Positions 10,865 through 22,045 of a DNA stretch of 64,000 nucleotides are shown one piece after another. Made by a program: the position numbers and the translations under genes. Location of the stretch: the NCBI GenBank assembly GCA_965248695.1, contig CBDFKD010000002.1:1088001-1152000 (forward strand), in the 5' to 3' direction. The DNA is from Acidobacteriota bacterium (GTDB lineage: Bacteria > Acidobacteriota > UBA890 > WLXD01). How positions within the stretch are numbered: the first letter of the stretch is position 1; every line of letters starts with the position of its first letter. Under the pieces are notes generated by a model that was not told the origin of the DNA, ran no database searches, and saw nothing but the letters and a program-made list of their open reading frames with translations.

Positions 10865-13800
10865 TTGGGATCTGCCTCTGTCGTCCACTCCACCAGCGCC
10901 GCGCGGCGCATCGCCCACGCGCACAGCTGGCTGCGCGACGCGGCAGCGCGAGGCCCTGTCCTGGTCGTTTCGGCGACGCGCGGCGCCGCGGACGATTTCG
11001 TCCGCTCGATGCTGGAGCCTGGCGCCGGACTGTTCGGTGTTCACCGCGCGACTCCTGGCCGACTGGCCGCGGACCTGGCGGTGGCGTCGATGGCGCGGCG
11101 CGGTCTGGCGCCGGTCACGGGGCTCGGCATGGAGGCGCTGGCGGCGCGGGCTTCCGAGCGCTGCAGCCAGGAGGGTCTGCAGTACTTCGGACCCGTGGCC
11201 GACTATCCCGGGTTCCCGCGGGCGTTGCGGCGCACCCTCAACGAGCTGCGCCTGGCCGGAGCAGCGATCGATCAACTCGTCGACCTCGGCGAGGCCGGCT
11301 CTGACCTGCAACAGCTGGCGTCGACGTACGCCGGAGAGATCGAGCACTGGAACCTCGCCGATCCCTCGATTCTCTGGCGCCTGGCGCTCGAGGCAGTCGA
11401 TGGCGCGAAGCACGGTCTCGTGGGCATCCCGATGCTGTTGCTGGACCTCTCGCCCGGGAGCGCCCTGGAGCAGGAGACCTGGCATCGGCTGGCCGAACGC
11501 TCACCGGGCGCGCTGGCGACGGTGATCGGCGGCGATCGCCTGGCCCTCGAGTCGCTGTCGACGGCGTTTGGTGTTCGCGCCACCGAGCTCGACGACTTGG
11601 AGGCGGTTGGGGCGAGCCAGCTTGCTCGGCTGCGGAGCGCCGTGTTCGGCGAGGCGGCTGGCCCGCGTGCGGACCTCGACGAGACCTTCGAGATTGTCGC
11701 TGCCCCGGGCGAAGGCCGCGAGGCGGTCGAGGTCGTGCGCCGCATCCAGCGTCTGGCACGTGACGGCGTGCCGTTCGACCGCATGGCCGTCTTGCTCCGG
11801 GATCCGGGCGCTTACCTTGGCCTCGTCGAGGAGGCGATGCGTCGCGCCCGCGTTCCCGCCTGGTACACGCGAGGCACGGTGCGGCCTGACCCTGCCGGCC
11901 GCGCTTTTCTGGCTCTGCTCGCCTGTGCCGCAGACGACCTGTCGGCGTCGCGTTTCGCCGAGTATCTGTCGCTCGGTCAGTCGCCGCCGGCGCCGGCAGC
12001 ACAGGAGCCCGAGATCGAGGTGCCGTGGGTCGAGCCAGCTGGCGCACAACTGGTCTTCAAGACATTCGTCGCCGAGTCGACGAAGCCGGCACCAGAAGAG
12101 CCCGACGGCGACGGGCCCGTTGTCGCCGGCACGGTGCGCACACCACGCCGATGGGAGCAGCTACTCGTCGACGCCGCCGTCGTCGGTGGGCGCGATCGCT
12201 GGCAGCGCCGACTCGCCGGGGTGCGCGCTGAGCTCGAGGAACGACGTCGAGCGCTCGACGACCTGGACGAGACGCGTGACGAGCACCTCCGCGGGCAGAT
12301 CGACGCGCTCGCCAACCTCGAGGAGTTTGCCCTCCCGATCATCGACATCCTGGCGGCTCTGCCGGCGACGGCGCTGTGGGGCGACTGGCTCGTCGCGCTG
12401 CGTCGACTCGCCGCCGCGACCCTCCGCCGTGCCGACCGTGTGCTCGCCGTTCTCGGCGGTCTGGAGCCGATGGAAAGCGTCGGTCCGGTCGATCTCGCCG
12501 AGGTGTGCCGCGTCCTGGAAGAGCGACTCGCCTTCCTGCGGCACGAGCCGACAGGTCGACGCTACGGCAAGGTATTCGTTGCCACGATCGACGAGGCCAG
12601 AGGCCGCAACTTCGACGTCGTGTTCCTCCCCGGACTAGCCGAGGGGATCTTTCCGCGGCGCGCCAACGAGGATCCGCTGCTTCTGGACGACCTGCGCCGA
12701 CAGGTCGATGCGCCGCTGATGACTCAAGATGAGCGCTTCGACAACGAGCGACTGCTGCTCCGCATCGCTGTGGGTGCCGCCGCGCTGAAGCTGGTCGTGT
12801 CCTACCCGACACAAGACGTGTTGCAGGGCCGCGCCCGAGTGCCGAGCTTCTACGCCCTCGACATCGTCCGTGCCGCCGAAGGTCACCTTCCCGACACCCG
12901 CACGCTCGAGGAGCGTGCCGCCTCCGGGTCTGCCTCGTTGCTCGGCTGGCCGGCGCCGCGTGACGCCGAGGCTTCGATCGATGCTGCCGAGTTCGACATC
13001 TCCTATCTCGAGCCCATACTCACGCGTCCGGAAGGCGACGCCACCGGACGGGCTCGCTTTCTGCTCGACACCAACGAGCACCTGGCGCGTTCGCTACGTG
13101 CGCGCGCGCGTCGCTGGCGGCCGGGGTTCTTCGCCGCCGACGGTCTGGTAGACCCCGGTCCGGCGGCGCGTGCAGTGCTCGACCGTCACCGTCTGCAGGC
13201 GCGCAGCTATTCACCCACCGCGCTGCAGCGCTACGCCGTTTGCCCGTACCAGTTCTTCCTCTATGCGATTCAGCGCCTGCGCCCGCGCGAGGAGCCAGTG
13301 GCCCTCGAGCAGATGGATCCTCTGACCCGGGGCAGCTTGTTCCACGAAGTGCAGTACCTGCTGTTTCAACGGTTGCGCGAGACCGACAACCTGCCGATCT
13401 CGGCGGCGAATCGGGCCGACGCCATCACCGCTGCTGACGCCGCCCTGGACGAGCTTGCGGCGAGTTACTCCGAACGCTTGGCACCGGCCATCCCGCGCGT
13501 ATGGGACGACGAGGTCGAGGGCGTGCGCACGGATTTACGCGGCTGGATCCGCGAGGTCGCCGAGTCGGACGATGGCTGGGAGCCGTCGTTTTTCGAGTTC
13601 TCGTTCGGCCTCGGGCACGAGGCCGGGCGCGATCCACTGAGTCATCGTGAAGAGGCCGTTACCGCCGACGGTTATCGGCTGCGCGGCGCAATCGATCTGG
13701 TCGAGAACCAACCCGCACGCGAAGCGTGGCGGGTTACCGATCACAAGACTGGTCGGGCCCTGAGGGCGCGCTATGTCACGATCGGTGGAGGCGAAGTGCT

Positions 13801-14122
13801 CCAGCCGCTGCTGTACGCGCTGGCCGCCGAGCATCACCTCGAAGGCGACGTCGTTGCCGGTCGCCTCTTCTACTGCACGCGTCGCGGCGATTTTCAGGAA
13901 CGGGAGGTGGCGCTCAACGCCGAGAACCGGCTGAAGGTATCGCAAGCTCTCGGGATCATCGATACAGCCATCGCCGATGGCTTCCTTCCAGCCGCCCCGC
14001 GCGAGCGTGCCTGCGACTGGTGCGATTTCCGTTCCGTCTGCGGTCCCTACGAGGAGCTGCGCGTGCGGCGGAAGGACCAGCGACCGCTCGCCAGCCTGCG
14101 AATGCTTCGAGGTGCCGGGTGA
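10865..14122 (+). CDS. AddB-like protein: inactive helicase-like domain plus PD-(D/E)xK nuclease with predicted 4Fe-4S cluster
   Basis: SPTALQRYAVCPYQF; RGAIDLVE...VTDHKTG; QPLLYAL; CDWCDFRSVC; GGGGAG RBS before TTG; GTGA overlap with the next gene. Confidence 0.88.
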   Translation: MGSASVVHSTSAARRIAHAHSWLRDAAARGPVLVVSATRGAADDFVRSMLEPGAGLFGVHRATPGRLAADLAVASMARRGLAPVTGLGMEALAARASERCSQEGLQYFGPVADYPGFPRALRRTLNELRLAGAAIDQLVDLGEAGSDLQQLASTYAGEIEHWNLADPSILWRLALEAVDGAKHGLVGIPMLLLDLSPGSALEQETWHRLAERSPGALATVIGGDRLALESLSTAFGVRATELDDLEAVGASQLARLRSAVFGEAAGPRADLDETFEIVAAPGEGREAVEVVRRIQRLARDGVPFDRMAVLLRDPGAYLGLVEEAMRRARVPAWYTRGTVRPDPAGRAFLALLACAADDLSASRFAEYLSLGQSPPAPAAQEPEIEVPWVEPAGAQLVFKTFVAESTKPAPEEPDGDGPVVAGTVRTPRRWEQLLVDAAVVGGRDRWQRRLAGVRAELEERRRALDDLDETRDEHLRGQIDALANLEEFALPIIDILAALPATALWGDWLVALRRLAAATLRRADRVLAVLGGLEPMESVGPVDLAEVCRVLEERLAFLRHEPTGRRYGKVFVATIDEARGRNFDVVFLPGLAEGIFPRRANEDPLLLDDLRRQVDAPLMTQDERFDNERLLLRIAVGAAALKLVVSYPTQDVLQGRARVPSFYALDIVRAAEGHLPDTRTLEERAASGSASLLGWPAPRDAEASIDAAEFDISYLEPILTRPEGDATGRARFLLDTNEHLARSLRARARRWRPGFFAADGLVDPGPAARAVLDRHRLQARSYSPTALQRYAVCPYQFFLYAIQRLRPREEPVALEQMDPLTRGSLFHEVQYLLFQRLRETDNLPISAANRADAITAADAALDELAASYSERLAPAIPRVWDDEVEGVRTDLRGWIREVAESDDGWEPSFFEFSFGLGHEAGRDPLSHREEAVTADGYRLRGAIDLVENQPAREAWRVTDHKTGRALRARYVTIGGGEVLQPLLYALAAEHHLEGDVVAGRLFYCTRRGDFQEREVALNAENRLKVSQALGIIDTAIADGFLPAAPRERACDWCDFRSVCGPYEELRVRRKDQRPLASLRMLRGAG

Positions 14123-17100
14123 CCGACGTCGTCGACGATTCGGCAGCGCGCGAGCGTATTCGCGGCGACCTGACACGCAGCTACCTGGTCGAGGCTGCGG
14201 CCGGTACCGGCAAGACTACGATCCTCGTCGCGCGCCTGGTCAACGCGCTGGCGGCCGGGGCACGCATCGAGGCAGTAGTGGCGGTGACCTTCACCCGCAA
14301 GGCTGCCGGCGAGCTCAAGCTTCGGCTGCGCCAGGAACTGGACCGGGCGCGCGCCTCCGAGACCGACGAGGCGCGTCGGTGTTGCCTCGCCGACGCCATC
14401 GCCCGGCTGGAGGAAGCCAGCATCGGCACAATCCATTCGTTCTGCGCCGAGATCCTGCGCCAGCGACCGGTAGAGGCCAAGATCGATCCGGCATTCGGAG
14501 AGATCGACGACGAGCAGGCCGCGACGATTTACCACCGCGCGTTTCGGACCTGGATCGAGCGTCGGCTGAGCGAGATGCCGGAGGGGCTCCGGCGCGCGTT
14601 CAGTCGCCTGGCGGTACGCCCTTCGTTCGATGGATCGACACCGATGGACCGCCTGCGTGACGCTGGCCAACGCCTGCTCGAATGGCGTGACTACCCGGAG
14701 AAATGGGAGCGTCGCCCCTACGACCGGAAGGCGATGATCGATCTGGAGATCGAACGCGTCGCCGCCGTGGCGATGCTCTATCACGAGTGTCGCAGGACCG
14801 ATGATCCGCTGCGCCGGGCGATCGCGCCAGCGGAGCAACTCGACACCTGGATCAGGCGTTCGGAAGATGTGGCGCCGCGCCGTGACTACGACGCGCTCGA
14901 GGCGCGTGTCCTCGACACGCTGCGTGAGCTGCGCCGAGGCCGACGACAGAAGGGGCGTGGTACCTGGGCAGCGGAGGGCGTCTCCCGCGCCGAGGTGGCG
15001 CGCCGGCGCGACGCGTTGATCGAAAGTCTGGAGGAGTTCGAGCGTCACGCCGACGCCGATCTCGCGGCGCTGCTGCGCGACGAGCTCGGTGAAGTGGTCG
15101 AGGCGTACGGGCGTCTCAAGCGAGATGCCGGCCAGCTCGATTTTCTCGACTTGCTGATCCGAACGCGCGATCTGGTGCGCGAGAACACCGCGGTGCGTCG
15201 ATACCTGCAAAGCAGGTTCCGCCACATTTTTGTCGACGAGTTCCAGGACACGGATCCGTTGCAGGTGGAGATTCTGCTGTTGCTTGCCGCCGGCGATGCG
15301 GACGTCTCCGACTGGCGCAACGCCACGCCGGCGCCAGGGAAGCTCTTTCTCGTGGGTGATCCGAAGCAGTCGATCTACCGATTCCGCCGTGCCGACGTCG
15401 TGCTCTACGAACAGATCAAGGAAACGCTGCGCCGCCAGGGCGTCGCCTTCGAAAGGCTGACCCGCAGCTGGCGATCGGTGCAGCCGCTGCAGGAGAGCGT
15501 GAACCAGGCGTTCAGCAGGTTGATGACCGGGGATCGCGAGGCGGGTCAGCCCGACTATGTGCCGCTGGCGAACCATCGCCAACCGATCGACGGTCAACCG
15601 GCGGTGGTGGCGCTGCCGGTGCCGGAGCCCTACGGGCAGTACCGCATCACCAAGTGGGAGGTGGACCGCGGTCTCCCGGACGTGGTCGCGGCGTGGATCT
15701 CGTGGCTGCTGACGGAGAGCGGTTGGCAGGTCGACAATCCCGATCAGCCCGGCGATTTGGTGGCGATCCGACCGCGCCATATCGCGATTCTCTTCCGGCG
15801 ATTTCTGTCCTGGCGCAGCGACGTGACTCGACCCTACCTGGCGGCCCTGGAGGCCCGCGGCATTCCGCACTTGCTTTCCGGGGGTCGCTCGTTCCACCAG
15901 CGCGAAGAAGTCGAAATACTTCGGGCGGCGCTGCTCGCGGTGGAGTGGCCCGACGATGAGCTGTCGGTGTTCGCTACCCTCAAGGGCGGCCTGTTCGCCA
16001 TTCCCGACGCGGCGCTGCTGCGATTTCGCCAAGAGATCGGACGGCTCTATCCGTTCCGGCGCGATGATCCCGAGCTCGACGACGAGCTCGCGCCGATCGG
16101 TGTGGCTTTGTCGTTGCTCGGCAAGCTGCACCGCGGGCGCAATCGGATACCGATCGCGCAGACGATTCTCGAGCTGCTGGAGGCGACGCGCGCGCACGCG
16201 GGATTCGCCATGCGGCCCGCGGGCAATCAAGTCCTGGCGAACGTGCAGCGCGTGTGCGACCTGGCGCGCGCCTTCGAGCTACGCGGGGGTATCTCCTTCC
16301 GTGGTTTCGTTCGTCGGCTCAGCGCCGAGGCCGAGAGGGCGGGCTCGACCGAGTCGCCGGTTCTCGAGGAGGGCGCCGAGGGCGTGCGCGTGATGACGGT
16401 TCACGGCGCCAAGGGCCTGGAGTTCCCGGTCGTCATCTTCGCGGACATCACCGCCAACCTGACGCACATGACGCCGTCCACACACATTGATCCCGAGCGC
16501 GAGCTGAGCGCCACGCGTCTCCTCGGGTGCTCGCCGTGGGAGCTGGTCGAGAACGCCGACCGTGAGCGCGGACGGGATGCAGCGGAAGCGGTGCGGGTCG
16601 CGTACGTGGCGGCGACGCGCGCTCGTGATCTGCTCGTGGTTCCAACCGTCGGCGACCACGCTTGGGAGGACGGTTGGGCGTCGCCCTTGAACCCGGCCAT
16701 CTACCCGCCGCGCGAAAACTATCGGCGCAGCGCGCCCGCTCCGGGCTGTCCGGAGTTCGGCGATCGCAGCGTGCTGGCGCGGCCGCATCCTGCACCGGGC
16801 GCGGCCGAGATCTCCGTGCGTCCCGGTCTCCATACATCCGACTGCGGCACCCCCGTCGTTTGGTGGGACCCAGCCCTGCTGGCAGTGGACGTACCGCGGA
16901 CCTTCGGGCTGCATCAGGAGCTTCTGCTTGCCCCCGATGAAGCCGCGGGCGGCGTTGCTGCTGCCGCCGGTGCGGCGAGGCACGACGAATGGCGGCAAGG
17001 TCTCGAAGCAGCGATCGATCGCGGATCCCGACCCGAGCGCACCGTGACGCTCGTCTCGGAGGTCGATACGCCGCCGGATGTCGAGGCCGAGGTGGTCGTC

Positions 17101-17559
17101 GAGCATGTCGAGCGGAGCGCCGACCGACCGAGCGGACGCCGGTTCGGCACGCTCGTGCATACCGTCCTACGGGATGTGCCCTACGCCGCCGACGAGCCTG
17201 TCGTTGCCGGTTTCGTTCGCGTTCACGGCCGCACGCTGGGTGCATCGCTGCCGGAGATGGACGCCGCCACGAACGCCGTGTGTGGTGTTCTCCGGCACCC
17301 GTTGCTGAGCGCGGCCGCCGCGGCGACGCAGTGCTACCGCGAGGTTCCGTTCACGGTTTGTCCGCAGGAGGGGCAGGTTGTCGAAGGGATCATCGATCTG
17401 ATCTTCGATAGTGGCGATGGTTGGACCATCGTTGACTTCAAGACCGACGCGCTGACCGACGATCTGCTCGAGCGCTACCGGCCGCAGGCACTTTGGTACG
17501 TACACGCCGCCAGGTCGCTGCTCGACGGTGACGCTCGCGCTGTGCTGCTGAGCGTGTAG
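14119..17559 (+). CDS. AddA-like UvrD-family helicase with C-terminal nuclease
   Basis: AAAGTGKT, VTFTRKAAGE, VDEFQDTD, VGDPKQSIYRFR, MTVHGAKGLEFP, YVAATRARD, GIIDL...VDFKT. Confidence 0.92.
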   Translation: MTDVVDDSAARERIRGDLTRSYLVEAAAGTGKTTILVARLVNALAAGARIEAVVAVTFTRKAAGELKLRLRQELDRARASETDEARRCCLADAIARLEEASIGTIHSFCAEILRQRPVEAKIDPAFGEIDDEQAATIYHRAFRTWIERRLSEMPEGLRRAFSRLAVRPSFDGSTPMDRLRDAGQRLLEWRDYPEKWERRPYDRKAMIDLEIERVAAVAMLYHECRRTDDPLRRAIAPAEQLDTWIRRSEDVAPRRDYDALEARVLDTLRELRRGRRQKGRGTWAAEGVSRAEVARRRDALIESLEEFERHADADLAALLRDELGEVVEAYGRLKRDAGQLDFLDLLIRTRDLVRENTAVRRYLQSRFRHIFVDEFQDTDPLQVEILLLLAAGDADVSDWRNATPAPGKLFLVGDPKQSIYRFRRADVVLYEQIKETLRRQGVAFERLTRSWRSVQPLQESVNQAFSRLMTGDREAGQPDYVPLANHRQPIDGQPAVVALPVPEPYGQYRITKWEVDRGLPDVVAAWISWLLTESGWQVDNPDQPGDLVAIRPRHIAILFRRFLSWRSDVTRPYLAALEARGIPHLLSGGRSFHQREEVEILRAALLAVEWPDDELSVFATLKGGLFAIPDAALLRFRQEIGRLYPFRRDDPELDDELAPIGVALSLLGKLHRGRNRIPIAQTILELLEATRAHAGFAMRPAGNQVLANVQRVCDLARAFELRGGISFRGFVRRLSAEAERAGSTESPVLEEGAEGVRVMTVHGAKGLEFPVVIFADITANLTHMTPSTHIDPERELSATRLLGCSPWELVENADRERGRDAAEAVRVAYVAATRARDLLVVPTVGDHAWEDGWASPLNPAIYPPRENYRRSAPAPGCPEFGDRSVLARPHPAPGAAEISVRPGLHTSDCGTPVVWWDPALLAVDVPRTFGLHQELLLAPDEAAGGVAAAAGAARHDEWRQGLEAAIDRGSRPERTVTLVSEVDTPPDVEAEVVVEHVERSADRPSGRRFGTLVHTVLRDVPYAADEPVVAGFVRVHGRTLGASLPEMDAATNAVCGVLRHPLLSAAAAATQCYREVPFTVCPQEGQVVEGIIDLIFDSGDGWTIVDFKTDALTDDLLERYRPQALWYVHAARSLLDGDARAVLLSV

Positions 17560-17646
17560 TGCCGCCGTGGGCGGCACCGACAACGTGGGAAGATGCGGCG
17601 CCGATACGCCGGACTACCCCGCAACCGGTAACGAGAGGACGCCGCC

Positions 17647-20600
17647 ATGTCGCTATTCCCCTGTTGCAGGCCACCAGTATCGTCCACCGCTGAGATCGAT
17701 CGCCTGCGTCGCTCCAGTGAGGCGACGTCGCGCCGCGACAGTGCAGCACGACCGGCGGTCGTTCTTGCCGCGCTGTCCGTGCTGCTGGTCACCGCCGCTC
17801 TCGGCTCGAGCGTCGGACAGCAGCAGGACGCCCAGCTGGACAGCGAGGCACTCGCCGGTCTCGAGCTGCGCACCATCGGGCCGGCGGCGATGTCCGGGCG
17901 ACTCGTCGACATCGCGGTGGTCGAGAGCGACCCGTTTACTTTCTACGTTGCCTCCGCAACTGGCGGTGTTTGGAAGACCACGAACAACGGGGTCACCTTC
18001 GATCCTGTGTTCGAGAGCGAGTCGACGCATTCCGTGGGCGATATCGCAGTCAGCCAGCAGCGCCCCGACACCGTATGGGTCGGTACCGGTGAGCGCGCCA
18101 ATCGCCAGAGCTCGTCCTGGGGCGACGGTGTCTACAGGTCGACCGATGCCGGCGAGACGTGGACCAATATGGGGTTGCGGGACACCCAGCACATCGGCCG
18201 CATCGTGTTGCATCCCGGGAACGAAGACGTGGTGTATGTCGCCGCGCTCGGTCACCTCTGGGGCGCGAACGACGAGCGCGGCGTCTATCGCAGCAACGAC
18301 GGCGGTATCACCTGGCGCCGGATACTCAGCGTCGACGAGGACACCGGGGCGGTGGACCTGGCGCTCGATCCGAGCAACCCGGACGTCCTGTTTGCCGCCA
18401 TGTATCAGCGCCGGCGCACTCCGTACGCGTTTCACGGTAGTGGTCCCGGGAGCGGTCTGTATCGGACCACCGACGGCGGTGACACATGGACGGAGCTGAC
18501 CGCGGCACGCATCGATGCGGATGCTGCTGCCCATCCGGACCATCCGGACGGCACGCTCGTGAACGGGCTCCCGGCCGGCGAGTATGGACGTATCGGTCTG
18601 TCTATCTATCGGACCGATCCGCGGATCGTCTACGTGACCATCGAACAGGGTGATCGTTACACCGCGTCTACGTCGTACGAAGGCGAGCGCTATGCCGGCA
18701 TCTATCGTTCGGAGGACCACGGCGACACCTGGAAGCACATCAGCGACTGGAACCCGCGACCGATGTACGCCAGCCAGATCCTCGTCGATCCCAGCGACGA
18801 TCAGCGCGTGTACCAGCAGAACGCGTTCAGCTGGTCGGATGATGGTGGACGTACCTGGACGGTGCCTCGCCAGTCGATCCACAGCGATGATCGCCACCTG
18901 TGGGTCAACCCGAACGACTCGCGCCATCTGATCAAGGCCAGCGACGGTGCGCTGGGCATCTCTTACGACCGCGGCGAGACCTGGCTGTGGGCCTCACACC
19001 TGCCGGTGAGCCAGTACTACCGCGTAGCTGTCGACAACGACGATCCGTACAACATCTACGGTGGGCTGCAGGACAACGGAACGTGGGTAGGCCCGAACGA
19101 GACGTTCCGCACCGAGGGCGTCCTCAACGAAGCTTGGGTCCGAATCGGCGGCGGTGACGGATTTCTCTCGATCCCTGACCCGGCAGACCCGACCGTCGCG
19201 TACGCGGAATCGCAGTACCTCGGCCTCACGCGAGTGGATCGGACCACGCTCGAGCGGCGCGCGATTCGCCCCGGGAATCCGCGCGGCTACACGTTCAGCC
19301 GTCGGATCTGGCGCCTGTACGGAACCGGGGCCGAGCCACGACTGCTGGAAGAGGAGATGGAGCCGGCAAACTGGAACGGACCCTACCTGCTGTCGCTGCA
19401 CGACCCGGCGACGCTCTACGCCGGCACCCACAACCTCTACGTGAGCCGGGATCAGGGATCCACGTGGCGCGATCTCGGGCGCATGAGCAACGAGTGGGAA
19501 CGCTCCGAAGTGCAGGTCATGGGTCAGGATCCTACGGCGCGGGTAGCATCGCTCGACGACGGTGTTCCTTACTACGCCACGCTCACGGTGATCGCCGAGT
19601 CGCCGCTGCGCGAGGGGCTTCTGTATGTCGGTACTGACGACGGTAACGTGCAAGTGACCCTGGACGATGGCGAGTCCTGGACCAACCTCGCCGACCGTTT
19701 CCCGGGCCTGCCACCGCGTACCTGGGTTGCCGATCTGGACCCGTCGCCGCATCACGAAGCCACGGTGCTTGCGGCGTTCGATGGCCACCGCGCCGATGAC
19801 CACACCAACTACATCTATCGGTCGGATGACTACGGGGAGACCTGGAGGTCTGTGGTCGCCGACATGCCGGCAGATCGGGTTGTCCGTGCGGTACAGCAAG
19901 ACGCGGTCAATTCCGACCTGCTGTACGCCGCCACCGAGCTCGGCTTCTTCGTGTCGATTGACGCAGGCGCGCACTGGGTCGAGCTCGAAAGCAACATGCC
20001 GACGCTGGCCTTCAACGATTTCGTGGTCCATCCGCGCGACCGTGACCTGGTGTTGGGCACACACGGTCGGGGCATCTGGATCCTGGACAGTGTTACCTCC
20101 CTCCGCGAGTTGACGGCGGATGTGGTCGCGTCGCCGTCCCATTTGTTCTCGATCGACCCGGCGCGGATGATGCGCCGCCACGGAACGCGGGCACAGACCG
20201 GCGACATGGTGTTCCGTGGTGCGAACCCGCCGAACGGTGCCCTCATCGATTACTGGCTCAGCGAGGCAGTTGCAGAGCCGTCGGTGTCCGAACCAGAAGA
20301 GAGTGGCGTCAATGCATCGGCGGAGAGTGATGTCGATGCGCCGGCGTCGGCAGACGATGGCGGAGACGTCCCAGTGAACCTGACCGTTGTCGACGCCTCC
20401 GGCGCGACCGTACGGACTCTCGAGCCAGGCCTCCGCCGCGGCATGAATCGCGTCGTCTGGAACCTTCGTGGCGCGGCCCTTCCGCTGATGGCGCGCGTCG
20501 CAGACGCGCCCGACCCGGCACGCGCGGACAGCCCCCGGCCCGCCACGCCGCCGTCCGGAGCGCTCGTGGTGCCCGGTACATACACCGTTCGGCTAGCGGT

Positions 20601-21006
20601 CAACGGCGCGGTGCATGAACGCATGGTAGAGGTGCGCGACGATCCGCGATTGCGCGTCAGCGCCACGGCGCGACGCAGCTGGACGACGCTTCAGAACGAC
20701 CTCGGCGAGCTGTATCGCGAAGCGAACGCACTTGCCGCCGAGGTCATCGCGCGCCATTCGCCGGCGGCGAGCCAGGAAGGCAACGCGGAAGCGGAATCGG
20801 AAGCGCGGGCGTTGTCGGAGCCCGAGGAGGTCACCATCCTGCGGGAGCAACTCGAGCAGCTGCAAACGCGGATCCTGGGACTTCGACGACAGATCGCGGG
20901 ATGGACGGGCTCGCCGACTGCCGACCAGCGCGCCCAGAGAGGCTACTACAGCGAGGCGCTGCGCCAGCTGACGGTGCGCTGGGGCGATCTGACCGGCGCC
21001 AGTTGA
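17647..21006 (+). CDS. VPS10/sortilin-like BNR-repeat beta-propeller protein (glycosyl hydrolase-like); start uncertain
   Basis: LRTIGPAAMSGR; repeated S.DGG.TW Asp-boxes; YGGLQDNGTW; GGGDGF; DLVLGTHGRGIWILD; C-terminal PGTYTVRL. Confidence 0.88.
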   Translation: MSLFPCCRPPVSSTAEIDRLRRSSEATSRRDSAARPAVVLAALSVLLVTAALGSSVGQQQDAQLDSEALAGLELRTIGPAAMSGRLVDIAVVESDPFTFYVASATGGVWKTTNNGVTFDPVFESESTHSVGDIAVSQQRPDTVWVGTGERANRQSSSWGDGVYRSTDAGETWTNMGLRDTQHIGRIVLHPGNEDVVYVAALGHLWGANDERGVYRSNDGGITWRRILSVDEDTGAVDLALDPSNPDVLFAAMYQRRRTPYAFHGSGPGSGLYRTTDGGDTWTELTAARIDADAAAHPDHPDGTLVNGLPAGEYGRIGLSIYRTDPRIVYVTIEQGDRYTASTSYEGERYAGIYRSEDHGDTWKHISDWNPRPMYASQILVDPSDDQRVYQQNAFSWSDDGGRTWTVPRQSIHSDDRHLWVNPNDSRHLIKASDGALGISYDRGETWLWASHLPVSQYYRVAVDNDDPYNIYGGLQDNGTWVGPNETFRTEGVLNEAWVRIGGGDGFLSIPDPADPTVAYAESQYLGLTRVDRTTLERRAIRPGNPRGYTFSRRIWRLYGTGAEPRLLEEEMEPANWNGPYLLSLHDPATLYAGTHNLYVSRDQGSTWRDLGRMSNEWERSEVQVMGQDPTARVASLDDGVPYYATLTVIAESPLREGLLYVGTDDGNVQVTLDDGESWTNLADRFPGLPPRTWVADLDPSPHHEATVLAAFDGHRADDHTNYIYRSDDYGETWRSVVADMPADRVVRAVQQDAVNSDLLYAATELGFFVSIDAGAHWVELESNMPTLAFNDFVVHPRDRDLVLGTHGRGIWILDSVTSLRELTADVVASPSHLFSIDPARMMRRHGTRAQTGDMVFRGANPPNGALIDYWLSEAVAEPSVSEPEESGVNASAESDVDAPASADDGGDVPVNLTVVDASGATVRTLEPGLRRGMNRVVWNLRGAALPLMARVADAPDPARADSPRPATPPSGALVVPGTYTVRLAVNGAVHERMVEVRDDPRLRVSATARRSWTTLQNDLGELYREANALAAEVIARHSPAASQEGNAEAESEARALSEPEEVTILREQLEQLQTRILGLRRQIAGWTGSPTADQRAQRGYYSEALRQLTVRWGDLTGAS

Positions 21007-21070
21007 CCGGAGCTGCGCCCGGTGTCGGTCGGACAATCGACACGGCGGGTCGAGCTGAGGCGATGGTCGA

Positions 21071-21943
21071 TCAGAAGATCGTGTCGTTGAGCAGCGTTCG
21101 GAGGTAGCGCCCGTACTCCGAGTTGCCCATTGGCGTCGCCAGTTGACCCAGCTGCTGCCGGTCGATGAACTTCATCCGGAAGGCGATCTCTTCCGGGCAG
21201 CAGATCTTCAGGCCTTGCCGTTTCTCGATGGCGCGGATGTAGACGGCCGCGTCCATCAAGGCGTCGAACTTGCCGGTGTCGAGCCAGGCGAAACCGCGTC
21301 CGAGGATCTCCACGTGGAGTTGGTCCGCTGCGAGGTAGGCTCGATTGACGTCGGTGATCTCGAGCTCGCCGCGCTCCGATGGCGTCAGGCCGGCGGCGAT
21401 CTCGCTGACCTTCGAATCGTAGAAGTAGAGTCCGGTTACTGCGTAGCGCGACCTCGGTTGGCTCGGTTTCTCCTCGATGCTGACGGCGACGCCGTCGCGA
21501 AACTCGACCACCCCGTAGCGCTCCGGATCGTTCACCGCGTACGCGAACACGGTCGCTCCCACAGCACGCTCCGCCGCTTGTCGGAGCTGGGCGGAGAAAT
21601 CGTGTCCATAGAAGATGTTGTCGCCGAGGATCAGCGCACACGCATCACCGCCGACGAAGTCGCTGCCGATGATGAAGGCTTGCGCCAGCCCTTCGGGCCG
21701 CGGCTGTACGGCGTACTGGAGGTTGATACCCCAGCCGGATCCGTCGCCTAGCAGGGACTGGAAGAGTGGCGTGTGCTCCGGGGTCGAGATGATGAGAACG
21801 TCACGAATACCTGCCAGCATGAGAGTCGATAGCGGGTAGTAGATCATCGGCTTGTCGTAGACCGGCAACAGCTGCTTGGACAGCGCCGTTGTCAACGGGG
21901 CCAGCCGCGTGCCGGAGCCGCCGGCGAGAATGATCCCTTTCAT
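21071..21943 (-). CDS. rfbA: Glucose-1-phosphate thymidylyltransferase
   Basis: [49 protein letters not shown]. Confidence 0.97.
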   Translation of the reverse strand: MKGIILAGGSGTRLAPLTTALSKQLLPVYDKPMIYYPLSTLMLAGIRDVLIISTPEHTPLFQSLLGDGSGWGINLQYAVQPRPEGLAQAFIIGSDFVGGDACALILGDNIFYGHDFSAQLRQAAERAVGATVFAYAVNDPERYGVVEFRDGVAVSIEEKPSQPRSRYAVTGLYFYDSKVSEIAAGLTPSERGELEITDVNRAYLAADQLHVEILGRGFAWLDTGKFDALMDAAVYIRAIEKRQGLKICCPEEIAFRMKFIDRQQLGQLATPMGNSEYGRYLRTLLNDTIF

Positions 21944-22045
21944 CGCTGCTCGTGTCCCGTTGCTCGGAATCGACAGTGCGGGACAAAGTCCGCATCTGCG
22001 GTCGTCGACCGGGCGCCATTATAACGGCGTTGCTGGCGGTGCCGG

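Noticed and set aside
13200-14122. Cas4-like Fe-S nuclease domain suggesting CRISPR
   Set aside because: It is the C-terminal domain of the AddB-like protein; I saw no repeat-spacer array or cas genes
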